Positions 11,414 to 25,133 of a DNA stretch of 64,000 bases are shown piece by piece. The stretch is from Sphaerodactylus townsendi (Eukaryota). A program made the translations under genes and the position numbers. Location of the stretch: assembly GCF_021028975.2 (NCBI RefSeq), contig NC_059432.1, positions 41,540,001 through 41,604,000 on the forward strand, given 5' to 3'. The first letter of the stretch is position 1; every line of letters begins with the position of its first letter. Below the pieces are notes generated by a model. That model searched no databases. It was not told where the DNA came from and saw only the letters and a program-made list of their open reading frames with translations.

Positions 11414-13860
11414 AAATAGATTAATCAATGTTTCAACAAGATCAGGTAAACAGTGGTATCCTCCTCCCGACAAACTACTTTGTTATTTGGCATTTTACAA
11501 GTCATGATAGTATATCTATCATGATGATAGGGATTTTCTCTAGAAGGTTACTTTAGAAGAATCCCTCACTATGGAACCACCTTCAACTGGAAATCATATC
11601 TGGGTCAAGAGCCAGACACAACACAAAAACAAAGCCTTGCTGGAGAATCTCAGATTTTTGGACTGAGGCAGCAAAAGCCATGGCATACCTTCTATCACCA
11701 ACAGCAAGTCATTTTCTGATGGGAGAAGACACATAATACTGTAATATCACTATGATTACAGACTTCTAGAAGGGGAACATGTCCTAGAAGAAGAACATGC
11801 CCCAGGCGTCATGTCAACACATGGCAAAGATTAATCGTGTTGTAGTCTTTGACTCTGATCACTATCCCTGTTTAATTCCTAGGTCAAACACACTCCCTAG
11901 AAGCTAGGAGGGTGGAGCAAGTGTCCCAGCCAGGAGATATGCTTTTGTATCTTTCTGAAGATGCATGAAGAAAGAACATGTAACAGAGGATTAGCAGCTG
12001 TTGCCAAAAGTTCTAATTCTCCCTTACTTCTGCTGCAACCTCTTTCGCAGTGCAAACCAAATAATGATGTTGCTCTTTGCAAATGTCTGCATCCATGTCA
12101 AAAGCAGCCACAAACAGTATTCAGAGGGGGTAAAGGAAACCTCACAGTGGCAACTGCTTTGCCAAATATTATAGGGAAGAGAAAGGGAGGAAGTATTTTA
12201 ATGGTCCCATCCAAAGGACGGGGGGGAAGGGGAATCCGCTAATGGGAACAGCACACAGCTGCACTGGCTGGGTAAAGGGACAAATCTGCTGGCATGCAAC
12301 CATCATGGCCCTCCCTGGGGCTGGGACACCACGCTGGATGCTGTGTCAACATCCCAGTGCCCCTGCTGCAACTGGCATAGTGAAGGCGTGTCTGGGGAGG
12401 AGCCAATGTTAGTCAGGTTGCTCCCAGTCATTCGCTGTCTTACACCGGCAGCCAGCAATTTAGACTTAAGCCATCAAAAAGGTGGCGTAAGTCTATTGAG
12501 CCTCAAGGGAGCTTCTCAGCGGTGGGGAGGCTTTTTTGCTTTGCAAGCATCCCTTCGCCTCCAGGAAACCTCTATGGGAGTGATGTGGCGGCACAGACAG
12601 CTGCCTGCCTGCTTGTTTGTTTGCATGGAGCTGTAAGCTGCCAATTAAATTTTAAAACGCAAAGAAATTCCTTATCCAGAAATAACGAAGTGAATATGAA
12701 GAGATCCTTCTCTTTAATGAAATACATCCAACTGCAGCCTTTGGCCTGAGTGTTGGATCAATTTCAGCTAATCCATGGTCTGTAAGATCTCCCTTCTTCC
12801 AAAAGAAGATAAAAACAAAGATTACAGAACACACATTAACCAACGCCAAATGCTAATTTTGCCACTGTTTAAAAAACATAAGGATCAAAAAATAACCTGC
12901 AAAAGCAATCCATCTGGAAATATTTTTTTAAAAAGCCAAGATCAGCTACACAAGCTAACACCAACTTATTTTTAAAACCTAATGAGATTTATTGATTCTG
13001 TCTTCCCAGGAGTTACAATGCCTATGGAATTGGCTATAAAACATTCAAGACAAGAACAGGCTCAAGAGCATTTGGGTTGAGAAGCCTGTGCCTGTTGTGT
13101 TACCGGGGGGCGGGGGGGTGGGGGGCGACGGACACCCACATATACACACCCCAGAAGACACAGTAAAAAAATCAGATCTATTTTTGTTGCTAGAGGGGTT
13201 TTCCCAAAAAATATACAATAAAATCTTACTTTGCCTCAAGAACAAGACAGTTTGCTAGGTAAAATGTCATCACCTTATTTGAGAAAAAACAATGTCAAAA
13301 GGCAAAACTAAGAAGCAAATGAAACCTGTAAATGCACCCACAAGGGAGAAATGGTTCTTATAGAAAGGTAACTGACTGCTGTCAAGAAAATACATTTCAG
13401 TGCTATGTTAGTGGGCAGTACACTGGAGATTTAGGACTCCTTTCACCAGTACATTAAAGCTAGTGACAGTCACAGGAAAGCCAACAAAGTCATTCCATTT
13501 TAAATCAAGAGAGGAATCAGGAAAAAAAAAGCTGTGCATATTACAATTTTCTCACACACAAGCAACTATCCTCTATGCCGAGGATGCCCAGTATTCCAGA
13601 ATCTCTGGTGTTTTGACAAGCAGCAGTCAAGAAGACTTCAATATGTCATCCAGATGACCCACTGTAATGGTAACCCAAACTGTACTTGGCCAGGTCATGG
13701 TAGTATGCTGAGGGGATAACAGGAAAGCCAAATTTCTGAACTCCATACAGTAAGAATTAAAACGGGAGAGGTCCATCTCAGATTGTGACGGTGCAGTTCG
13801 TAAGAACTTTTGTGAAACTGAGGATTACACAGACCTGTAAGTGAAGAGTTCTTCTCTTAC

Positions 13861-13953
13861 CTTAACAATATCAAGTCCTCCGACAAGTTCACCTTTCACG
13901 TACAACTGTGGATAGGTTGGCCAGTTCGAATACGTTTTTAAACCTTGCCGCAC
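13861..13953 (-). CDS. GLRX3: GLRX3 exon 10 ([31 protein letters not shown])
   Basis: WPTYPQL and GGLD motifs; TAG/GTAAG; 93 nt. Confidence 0.97.
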
Positions 13954-14032
13954 CTAAGGACAATACCCTGGTCAACATTGCACATTATCGATTTCCAGGC
14001 AGATTAAAAAGAATGAACCAATGAAACATTAC

Positions 14033-14072
14033 CTCTTCATCCTCCAATATATCAAATGTCTCATAATCAGCA
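14033..14072 (-). CDS. GLRX3: GLRX3 exon 9 (ADYETFDILEDEE)
   Basis: FDILEDEE motif; TAG/GTAAT; 40 nt. Confidence 0.96.
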
Positions 14073-14853
14073 CTATAAAGGCAAAGGAAAAACAAGAAAG
14101 GTTTTATTATGCAGGCTAGGGATATTCAACCAAGTTGGGCAAATTCCTGTCACTTATTCTTAACAGTTTAAAAATCTCAAGACTTGTTGTCCTCAAACAT
14201 AAGTGCTTGTCATGCTACGGTGCTTGATCTGTACATGGTACTCAGTTCTGCCACTGGAACGCAAAAGGATATTTACTGTAAAGATCTAATGCACTGATTT
14301 GTTTAAGTCAAAGCACATCACAATCAAAGATCCATTAGCCACTAGTGCCAATGACCCTCTGTGATGGGGTGCAGGGGAGACCCCAATTCTGCTTCTCATA
14401 TTAGAGAAGAGCCAGCAGAAACTCTTCCACCACACACACTAGGGAAGTTGGAGCTCATCCCAATTTACAGGATCAAGAGAGTTACAGAAAATGCCAAATT
14501 TGCAATAAATGCTTCTTTAATCCTTCCACTGCCTATCACATGTTGAGCATTCTGGCTGCCCTGATCTCAGTCTGGGGAAGGGGTGGGGGGGAAATCCATA
14601 AACACAGTCACAGGCCTTCTACAATGCCTGAGATTTTATTACTCCACATACGCAAAGAGGCGCTGCAGAGAACAACATGGGCCAGAGAACACTAAGGAGA
14701 AGGAGCAGGTGGACAACATATGGAAATGGACCTGGAGATGCACGTGTGACACTGAGGATAAACAACTTGTCAGTTTAAGAATCAATGGGATGGTTGTTTT
14801 ATCCTCATTTTTGAAAGAAACAATGCATTTAAGACTGAAAAAGACCTCCATAC

Positions 14854-14906
14854 CCAGAATTGTTTAGGATTTCTATGATTTGCTTGCTGAAGCCACACTT
14901 CGCTGC
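14854..14906 (-). CDS. GLRX3: GLRX3 exon 8 (AAKCGFSKQIIEILNNSG)
   Basis: Second CGFS active site; CAG/GTATG; 53 nt. Confidence 0.96.
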
Positions 14907-15266
14907 CTGCAATAAGAAGAAAATACTGAGAATGATGCTTAATGTACTAGAAAATATGATAAGCATCCAAAGTTAAATTTTAGAACCTATGAATGCCCTT
15001 TCCTTGAATCATCAGGATGAGGGGCACTCAGGCACGCCAAACATCTCCCCAGACATGTTTTATTTCATTTGTCCTTGGGGACAGAATGAGCAAGAATTTG
15101 AACCCAATTATCCACTACCCATTTCTTTAGCCACAAATTTCAGAGGTGGCTGCCTGCACACTGAGCACCCAACCTGGTTTCCAGCAAGCTTTCTATGTCA
15201 TCCCAAAGTCAATGAGGAGAACTTGTTGGTGTCAAGTATCCCAGCTGACACTTCCTTGTTTCTCAC

Positions 15267-15324
15267 CTGTTTGTTCCCTTTCATAAACAGCATCACTCTA
15301 GCTTTATTTATCAGCTCTTTGAGT
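15267..15324 (-). CDS. GLRX3: GLRX3 exon 7 (LKELINKARVMLFMKGNKQ)
   Basis: MLFMKG motif of second Grx domain; CAG/GTGAG; 58 nt. Confidence 0.96.
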
Positions 15325-17142
15325 CTGGAACAGGAGAGAGAAAATGCATATAAAATTAATCAGTTAAAAACTCAACATTTCCTTTTTGCTGCTTACTACC
15401 TTTCCAAACACTGCTCTATATAATGTACCATCAAATGTTACCCTGGTATGTACATACTTCAAATAAAGATACTTCTTGTAAAATTAATGGCTATTTATCA
15501 TTATGTAAAATTACCTTAAATGCAGGTTCAAGAATTCTGTAAAACAGATTTTTAACTACTGAGTTTCACCCTAAAGTCACAAAAATTGACATTTGGGACA
15601 GTTAAGCACTGCACTGAGTTTAAGTAGCAATAAATATTGCTACTGTAAATATCTTATCAATCAACTAAAAATAAAAATAACAAGAGGATCACAAGCCAAT
15701 ACACAGTAATACTCTCAATGGTACCCTCAAGCCCACTTAAAATCAATGATTTTCAATGTGCTTCTCTATGAGCTGGACTAGGTCATGGATATTATTGTGC
15801 TACAGATCCTAACATCCTGCTCCCTTTCAGAAGAACTCCCCTTCTTGTAGAAGTGCTTCTCCAACACACACAAAGAGAATTTCTCAGGCAAGGCAGAGCA
15901 TAGGGGAGGCTTTTCTATGATTACAGCTGTACTCCCATGACTTAGGATCCTAGCTACTGATTATGTCTTCTTGATTATCCTAGTTCTCTAAATCCTACAC
16001 AAGTTGCTCTGCAATCCCAATTTATGGACTCCATAAACTATTTAGAGTTTTCTACATTTAAACTCCTTCCTTTAACATTTGTCAATCATGTCCCACAAGC
16101 AATTGGACATGTTGTTTTTGGTACTTGGAAGACTGCAAAATAATAGCATGGCACTAAAAGTTTTAGCTCTTCAGTATGCTGAGCACTAAAAAAGGGTTAT
16201 CTTCAGCGTGCCACCAACCACTAGCATTTCAAAATATCCTGAAGCACCAACAGTGTGCCCCATAGATAAAAACAGGGCATTTTGCCAAATTCTCTTCATC
16301 CAGTGCTCCTGCCAAATGATATAAAGTATATCAGGGGACACCAGCAGTTAGATTTGCAGGATCAGTATCCAAAAAACATCTGATTTCAGCCCATTTCCAT
16401 ATTTATGAAGTACATAAAAGATAAGCAGACACTAGACTTTCCCCAAAATTATGCCTAGTGGTGGTCAAGAAGCATCTCAGAGCTGCAGTGATCCCACTAT
16501 ACTGACCATGAAGTGAACACACACACCATAGATACCTTTTAATTCTTGAAAGAATTCTTGAAATTCTGACTACTGGAGTAACCTGATATGCTTACACACA
16601 CCCCTATACTTTCTCTTTACGAATTTCATCAGCCCCAATCTGCCCAAAGCCCCATATGTACGAAGTACAGATATAGCTAATCATCTGTTCTTATGCCGAT
16701 CCTCTTATGCAGCTGGAATAAAGGGGAGCTACTTGCTAAAACTGACAGCTAAATGGAGAGGGGCAGATGATGCTGGGTCTGCCCAAAACCAAATAGTAAA
16801 TTTGACTTAAGCTCTATAGGCTGATTTGGCTTAACCTCTATAGATTACTTGCATAGTTTTATTTGCTAGGCCCAGCAAACCTCTGTGTACAGCGCTAGAA
16901 GGTAACATAAGGATAAGGCCTAGGTCTCTGTGCTATTTGCTGGACCTTCCAGATAACTGGTTGGCCACCATGCGAAACAGGATGCTGGACTAGATGGACC
17001 AGTGATCAGATCCAGAAGAGCTTCTCTTATGTTCACAAAAGCATAACACAGCAATAATTTCAATTTTCAAAAACTGACTGACAGGATACATGCCACTCAC
17101 CTTACATGACAGTAAACCAACAGAAGATAAAATACACTGTAC

Positions 17143-17204
17143 CTGTCCTCCAATTTGTGTGCCTTGGGACAAATGGTATCCAGTTCTCCAGAAGCCTCCA
17201 GCTC
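17143..17204 (-). CDS. GLRX3: GLRX3 exon 6 (ELEASGELDTICPKAHKLEDR)
   Basis: Visible in ORF 17097..17291; CAG acceptor, GTAC donor; 62 nt. Confidence 0.96.
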
Positions 17205-17299
17205 CTGAAAGTAAGATATTTTGAGTTCACAGTGGACACATTCTGTTGTATAAAATAAAACTGACAGGGTTTTTAAACACAGATTTTGCATTTTCTGAC

Positions 17300-17472
17300 C
17301 TTGACAATATCCAGCCCACCTATTAGTTCTCCAGCCGCATATAACTGTGGATAAGTAGGCCAGCTGGAATAGATTTTCAGACCTTGACGTACTTCTTCAT
17401 CAGAAAAGATATCAAAGCTGCTATACACAATGTTATGCTTGTTAAGAAGCTCCACGATTTGTCTGCTGAAGC
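17300..17472 (-). CDS. GLRX3: GLRX3 exon 5 ([58 protein letters not shown])
   Basis: Completes CGFS; WPTYPQL and GGLD monothiol Grx motifs; visible in ORF 17273..17557; 173 nt with AG/GT. Confidence 0.98.
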
Positions 17473-20120
17473 CTAGAGGCAGAAAATAAGAAAGGCACAC
17501 ATTTGAATAAGGCTGTACCAACCTTTGACCCAGGAAGTGTCCCAACATCTTTAGCATGACTTATATTAATGATGCACAATCTGTACAAAGATTACTTGCA
17601 GATGATCCCATTCACCCATCACAGGAATAAACACCCCTTACTTAGGGTAACTTGCCTTTTAGATTTGTCGATAACTGAATTTACATTTTTGCCATTCTTT
17701 ACTGTAGTGCTATGTTTGTCCGTAGGATTTAACTCTAACCAGACAACATTTTGCTAGGATGTTCTATAATCAGGATTTTATGAATCTGTGCAAGTATGGA
17801 ATGGGATCCAGACAACAAGTGTTGGTTTCCCAAGAATTCGTACCAAGAATTTTAAAGTCATTTTCTAGTTGCCAAGACAAGCGTGCAATGGACAAGCAGA
17901 GACCCACACTAGCAAAATCACATCGCACAGTGCCATTTTGCCGGTGTAGAACATTCTTTCAGATCATCATGTATCATCTAAATATAATCCAATTTCTGAT
18001 TTGTTTTCTCCCTTCACAACACAATACCATCAACAAATGATTCCTGAATTTGCTTTTCAGGAAAATACCTTCCTAATGACATCTAGCTCTGATTAATCCC
18101 AAGAAATGTTACTAGTAATAACTTCTAAACAAAATGTGCTTAGGATTGCATCCAAGAAAATTGAACTCGTTAACCACAATGGACCATTTCTGAAGAACTG
18201 CTTGCCACAAATGCAGAAGGCTACCCAACTTCTTCTATGCAATGAAGCCCAGTTATTCAAGGATCAGCTCCCATACTCCATGAAAAAAACCTCCACATCA
18301 ATACTTTTAAAATCAAATGTTTAAACCGACAACCTAGATAATATTGATCTTTCTATTGTCTTACAGTGTAAAAAAATCTTTCTTAGCTAACAAAACAGCT
18401 TATCAAAGTAGCTTTGTTTGTTATTGAAAAAAATCATAACTCATGTTCAAAACATTCCAAAAACTAGAGTTTTAAATGAGACTTTAAAAGTTTCAGAAGT
18501 GTACGCACAAAAGGACCTTTACATGATCTCTGCCTGGCAAACACATCCATTATACTTTTGATTTGTACTATAGCTTAAGGTCTCCAAATCTACATTTGAG
18601 CCATGAGCAACTAACATTTATTTATACAGCTAGGCTGCTTTTCTTCCCACAACTGAAATATTAAGTTCTTGTACAGCCTGAAGTGAAACAAGAATCCTGA
18701 ATTTTTTCCCCCCTCATTCATCTGGGGAGTTCATTAGTAAACAGCTACAGGCTGATTGCTGATGGTTATTCTGCTGCCGATATATTAACTCCTTTCTACT
18801 GTAAAAGACTGAGAGAAAACGCTTCATTTTAGCTGTAGGCAACTACATGCAGATAAGAAAGATTGATTGGTGGGGTTTCATTTGTAAGGGTTAAAGCGGC
18901 ATGCTGGAAATGTTATGCTTAGGGACAAAGTGACAACACTGCTTTATTCCATTAGCAAAAAAAAGACTTTCGGCACAGTCACGATCTGAGCAATACGAAA
19001 GCTAATGAAAGCAGAAGTGTAGACATGTGAGCATGCAAGCCACTGTATGAGTAAAGCAGATGCTGCTCTGGCTAGCAACAGACAGTTAAGTATAATTACA
19101 ATACTAATGATGAAAGCAAGCAAGAAGCCTGTGAACACAGAACCAAGGGACTGGACCTCTTTTAACACAATTACGAATTGGCTTTCCATAGGAAAGCCGA
19201 AGATACAGAACATAAGAAGGATTTCTGATCCCATACCAAGATGAAATTTTACAATTGACAATCTGTAATCAGTATGGAAATCAGTCTGGCCACAATCCAT
19301 CAAGCAATTCTCCACCACAACCTGCATTGTGCCAGAACTCTTAGTTGCCCTTGCTTGGGCCCAGAGCTGCTGTTGCAGGCACAGAAAAACTGAAAGGGCC
19401 AAACTTCATTGGAAGAAAGAAGCAAAGAGAGGTGGAGCAGCTACTCTAATGTAAAGCTAGAGTTTACTCGTTCGGATTCTACTGCAGTCACCTTTTGCGG
19501 TCCTCCTGTGGGAACCAACCAAATGTGAGAGTTGTTGTGGTTAAAACAGGTAAGAACTGAGGTGCCGGAATGAAATGTACTGGCTAGTAATGTGCTCAGG
19601 GCTAACACACAGTCCAGCCAAGGCAATTTCATACAGAAAAAACACAAACCAAGGGGAAAATACATCTAACAATAGTCATCTATTCCTAGAAAAACTTAAG
19701 TTAGGATAGGAACTTTTGTTCAACCTTACAATTTTAAACTAATAGAATACAGAAATCATACCTAGCGCAATCTACCACTTACTTTGGCAATTTACTGTAT
19801 TAAGTAGAGTACCAGATTGAAGAGTTGCCACCTGGAGACATGTCCTTTCCACCTCTCTCTGATTAGCATACACTGGTGGAAGAAGGACATACCACTTGGT
19901 GGAAGGACATACCATTCTGATTCTCATTCTTGTAGAAAGCAAAAAGTGCATGCAGGACAGTGTCCTGAGGACACTACATGTGCACCCATCACTTAAATTG
20001 GCAGTAATTAAGTGTAATGCTGTTGTGCATGTTCATGCACCTATTCCCAGGAAGGCTTGTGCGTGTGCAAAACAATAATTCTATGTCTGCTAGAGCCAAA
20101 ATCACAAACTTGGATCGTAC

Positions 20121-21605
20121 AATCATAGAATTGGAAGAGATCACAGGGGCCATTAAGTCCAACCTCCTGCCATGCAAGAATACACAATCAAAGCACTCTT
20201 GACAGATGGCCATCCAGACTCTGTTGAAACCCCTCCAGACTCTGTTGAAACCCCTCCAAAGGAGACTCCACCACACTCCAAGGCAGTGTATTCCGCTGTC
20301 AAAAAGTCCTTATTGTCAGGAAGTTCTTCCTAATATTTAGATGGAATCTCTTTTCCTGTGTCTTGAATTCATTATTCCTTGTCCTAGTCTCTGGAGCACC
20401 AGAAAACAAGCTTGCCACATCTTCAACATGACATCCCTTAAATATTTAAACATGACTATCATGTTCCCCCTTAACCTTCTCTTCTCCAGACTAAACATAC
20501 CTAGTTCCCTAAGCCTCTACTTAGGCATGGAATCCAGAACTTTTACCTTTTTAGTTTCCCTCCTCTGAACTGTTCAAGCTTGTCAGTATCCTCCTTGAAT
20601 TGTGGAGTCCAGAACTGGACACAGGTGATGTCTGACAAATGCAGAATAACTATTACATCCCTTGATCTTGACACTACACTCCTATTGATGCCGCCCTGAA
20701 TTGCATTGGCTCTCTTGACTGCTGCATCACACTGCGGACTCTTATTCAGTTTGTGATCCACCAAGACTCCTAGATCCCTTTCAAAAGTATTGTTGTCAAG
20801 CCAGGTAGCACCAATCTTATATCTGTACATTTCATTTTTTCTGCCTTAGTGTAGTACCTAACTTTCCTCCCAGTTAAAATTCATTTTGTTAGTTTTGGCC
20901 CAACTCTCTAATCTGTCCAGGGTATTTTGCATTCTGACCCATCCTAAGGGGTATTGGCTAACCCTCCTAATTTGGTGTCATCTGCAAATCTGATTAGTGT
21001 GTCCTCTATTCCTTCATCCAAATCATTGATAAAAATATTGAATAGCTCTGGGTCCAGGACAGAACCCAAAGCACCCACTAGGGTATGCCTTCAAGAAATT
21101 CCCATCCATCATGCACTCCCTTCTCTTTTAGTATTCATAACCACGGAATCACACCCAGTAGTTTCCTAAGTTTACTTAAATCAGCTTTCTTAAAATCTAG
21201 AATACATGTCTGACTACCCTTTCCATTTTATAATAAACTCCAGGAGAACACGGTCACTCCCACCTAAGGGTCCTACGACTTCCACCCCATTAACCAGGTC
21301 ATCATTGTTGGTTAGGAGCAGATCTAAAATAGTTAATCCCTGTGTTGCCTCTTCCACCTTGTGGACGATGAAATTGTGTGCAAGGCAAGTGAGGAATTTG
21401 TTGGAGTTTGCCGAGTTTGACTTCCAGCAAATACCAGGATAATTGAAATCTCCCATTACTACTACTACTCTCCTATCTGAAAGTTTGGTCATCTGTTCCA
21501 GGAAGGCATCGTCCAACTATCCAGCCTGGCTTGGGGGTCACAACGAGATCACTGTTGTGTCTGTCCCCCTTAATTTTTACCCAGATGCTCTCAATCTGGT
21601 TTTCA
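20121..21605 (-). mobile_element. CR1 LINE, internally deleted
   Basis: ATCATAGAA 3' tail; RT C-terminal piece (ERDLGVLVDHKLN..QCDAAVKRAN); APE endonuclease piece (MGDFNYPGICW..ILDLLLTN..LGGSD). Confidence 0.92.
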
Positions 21606-21638
21606 GAATTTAAGTCATGGAAGCCGCTGCCTCACTAA

Positions 21639-22118
21639 GGCCCTTTCTGGAAGGATGCGAGCGGGGGTGCATCGGCATAAACAATGCCAACGCACACACA
21701 CACCCCACCCGGGACTGTTCACATGGACGGTCCCAGTAAGGGTGCAGGCGGCAGCGCAGCCTTGCACAGGCTGCGCTGTCCCTGAACGCTGTCCCTCGTC
21801 TCCTGGCTTCCGGCGTATCGCAGAGGCCAGGGGACACCCCGGTGCCGGCTGGAGTGGCAGCTCTGGAGTCATAGGCCAGGGCGGCGTGTCCCCTGGCCTC
21901 TGCAATGCACCAGAAGCCAGGAGACGAGGTACGGCGTTCAGAGATGGTGGAGGGGAAATGGTGCCTTCCAGCCGGTTGGAAGGCGCTGCTTCCAAAAAGC
22001 AGCGTCTTCACGCTGCTTGGGGGTGGCGAGGCCAGTACTGCTGCCATGTGAACCCCTCCCCAGGGACGGCGTTTTTGCCGTCCTTGGGACGCTCTATTCC
22101 GTCCATGCGGAAAGAACC
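21639..22118. mobile_element. GC-rich hairpin MITE, PIF/Harbinger-like
   Basis: Imperfect TIRs GGCCCTTTCTGGAAGGA / TCCATGCGGAAAGAACC, preceded by TAA; internal inverted repeat 21780-21840 vs 21882-21941. Confidence 0.6.
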
Positions 22119-22370
22119 AGAGACTGCTCGAAAGAGCTGAATGATAGTTAAATAGAGCTGGTGACTCACCAGAAGCTCCACCTCTCAGAAGTCTGTGGTT
22201 AAGCACACAGCCAAAAACAAAGAAAAATTCCCACACAAACAAAAGCACTCCCAAGCCCTCAAAAATAAAAAAAACATACACAGTTTAAAGATTTGGTTTT
22301 AAGGTTAACCCTCCAAAAACAGAGCTTATCTTTTGATCTCTGTTCAGCTTCCTGAACAATTCTTGCTTAA

Positions 22371-22551
22371 TGTATTGTCGAAGGCTTTCATGGCCAGATT
22401 CAACTGGTTGTGGTGGGTTTCACGGGCTGTGTGGCTGTGGTCTGGTGGATCTTGTTCCTAACTCTTCGCCTGCATCTGTGGCTGGCATCTTCAGAGGTGT
22501 ATCACAGAGGGAAGTCTGTTACTGTGTATCACAGAGGGAAGTCTGTGATAC
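22371..22551 (-). mobile_element. Penelope-like terminal fragment
   Basis: Begins TGTATTGTCGAAGGCTTTCA; same repeat as 46803. Confidence 0.8.
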
Positions 22552-24349
22552 CAATTCTTCCTTACTCTCCAGCTTTACAACCAATTCTTGCTTTCTCTCC
22601 AGCCTTACAACACAGCCCTACATGCACTTTTGATGAATAGTATACACTGCACAGAGAAGTCTTCCCAGCTGAGATTAAAAAACAAAAAAAAACCCAGCCT
22701 AACTTTGCCCTAGTTTACATTTTCTGCAGACAATGCCACTATCAATAAAACAGGTTCTCCTTGTTATAATACCTTACAATTCTGGAACCCAATAATTATG
22801 TAAAGGATTATTTGGGCCAAAGAACCCATTGATCTGCATTGCTTAGATCCAACCAATTCATTAATTACAGTAAACCCTCACTGTTCATGGATTTATGTTC
22901 TCAGTTATTCAGTCTGATCAAATGAGGTCTCCAGCCTGTTCTTACTCATATTGTGTCATCATTGTAACCACTGTATCATTAAATCTTGCATGAAATTGGG
23001 TTGTTTTGCTACCAAGAGGCAGAAGCACCTTGCCTCCCGCTATTCATGGATTTCACCATCTGTCATGATCCCAGGAAGAGATATTATCACATAGGATAAG
23101 GGTCTACCTCTGCAGAAAAATAATGAAAAACCTAGATATAAGGATCAATAATACAAAAACAGTCTTCAAGCTACAATACTAAATTGATGCAAAGAATCAA
23201 ACATTCTTCATAGTGCTATCCAAACATTCAAGGAGTCCTTGAACAAAAGACAACATTTTAGGTTTTTCAGTAGAAAAACATTTTTCCTAAGCAAGATACA
23301 TATAAGCATAAGCATTTTATTGTCATTGTGCACGCACAACGAAATTTACAGCAGCATTCCTCGATGCACACAATTTCAGACTCATACCCCCTCCTCACTT
23401 TCCCCTTCCTCCACCCCTTCCTCCACCCATATAGAACACCAGGAAAAAATGGTGGTGAACTTCTAGGGCCTTGAGGTAGGTGGGTAGGTTAGAGAAATTA
23501 GTGGATTGGATGACTTCTAGCAGAGGAATCTCACTGATCAGAGTTGAATTTGAAAGGGTGCCTGTTCTTCCATTTGTCCCATCTTTCAAACCTGAAGAGT
23601 TCCAACTTTGTTTTAATGACTCTACTTGTGGTGTTCTGTAAAGGTTATACAGTCTTTTTTTTTGGGGGGGGGGGGAGGTCCCCCTTCTATTTACAGCCTG
23701 TGTTAGATCAGGGTCCTACTCCAGATTCTCACATGTAGAAACAAGCTATATTCACAATGGACAAGAATTTCTGATGATACTAGACTGAAGTCTAGCTTTA
23801 AAGGTTTCTGTACACTGCGTTACACAACTTTTCATTGATGAGTTATAGGTAAATTTCAGAAGTGGAGTTTAAGTTAATAAAGCCTGGAAAACACTGCTTT
23901 AGCTCAAAGCAGTCCTAAATCTGTACTCACTCATGCAACACCTCTACATCAACACAGCTAGGCTTGGAAACTTAAGACATCTTTGACAGGATATTTACAC
24001 TAACCCTAACTGACCCCACCAGGACTTAACTGCAAAGGCCTGCTGTTTCCTCACATCACATATGTATTTCCTCAAGCTTAGCAAAATGGCAGGGCAGACT
24101 ACAGCCCAGTGAGCTGCAGCAAGTTAGAACTGAAGCGATCAAGCAAAAAAAGGAAGCCGAAGCATGACAACTAACATTTGTATTGAGGTGACCAGGACAA
24201 AGAGCCCATTCAACTCAAGGTGGCCAAGAACATCATCTCAGCAGCTCTAAAACTTACAGAAACTAGGTAGAAAAACTCAGTGCATTCTGTAGTTTTTTCT
24301 TTGTGAAACAGTCCTGCCACATTAAACAGAAATGAAAAGCTCTACTTAC

Positions 24350-24551
24350 CACATCGAGGCTCCTGAGGTGTTCCCTTCATAAATAACATGCAAGGGGCAG
24401 CGCTGATCAGTTTCTTGAGTCGTGTGTTAATGTCCTCTTTAGCCCCGTCATTAGAACCAGGTGGAACAGATGAGCTAGTGGCATGGCGCTGAACTTTCTT
24501 GGTCAGTTCAGGTGCATGAGCTCCATCTAATCGGTCAATCTTTTGGGAATT
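24350..24551 (-). CDS. GLRX3: GLRX3 exon 4 ([24 protein letters not shown]...[23 protein letters not shown])
   Basis: End of Trx domain, linker and start of first Grx domain; TAG acceptor, GTAAGT donor; 202 nt. Confidence 0.97.
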
Positions 24552-25058
24552 CTACCAATAGAGAATAGCACAATATAGTAAGTATTACTGCCTCCTGAAA
24601 AGTATCTAATGCTGAAAATTCCCTTCATCTCACACCCAATACATCTTACTGTGGGATCTGAAGCAAAGCCAGTTCAAATTCTCTAAGTGCTTCCATTGTG
24701 CAACCCAACTTCAATCAGGTTAATTTTCTTTAAAAAGGAAATGTGAACCCACGACTAACATGTAACGCTTTAGTTAACCTAAGCTCTATTTATTCTGTTA
24801 GAAATTGTCCTCTTAGCAACAGAATAACCTGCCAAAGTTTTCTGGGCAGTTTTCATCAGCTAAGAACTGTAGATGACAGCTTAATCAAAAGCAACCAAAT
24901 AATTTTCATTTCCCATCAAAATGCTTGTGAGTTTTAGCACAAGGGAGCCAGCCACACACATTTTAAACTAAGCTCCATGTAAACAAGACATTCAAAAGTC
25001 CTACAATTAGAAATAAACTGTTTCTTTCCACACACACACACAAATCCATTAAACTTAC

Positions 25059-25133
25059 CTTAAAAAACAAGAACGTTGGAACAGAAGTAATTTCATATTT
25101 CTCAGACACTTCAGGAACCGCTTCGGCTTCCAG
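25059..25133 (-). CDS. GLRX3: GLRX3 exon 3 ([25 protein letters not shown])
   Basis: Trx-fold cis-Pro VPTF motif; AAG acceptor, GTAAGT donor; 75 nt. Confidence 0.97.

Noticed and set aside
21610-22281. 223-aa ORF and overlapping ORFs
   Set aside because: Stop-poor GC-rich palindromic MITE; no protein homology recognised
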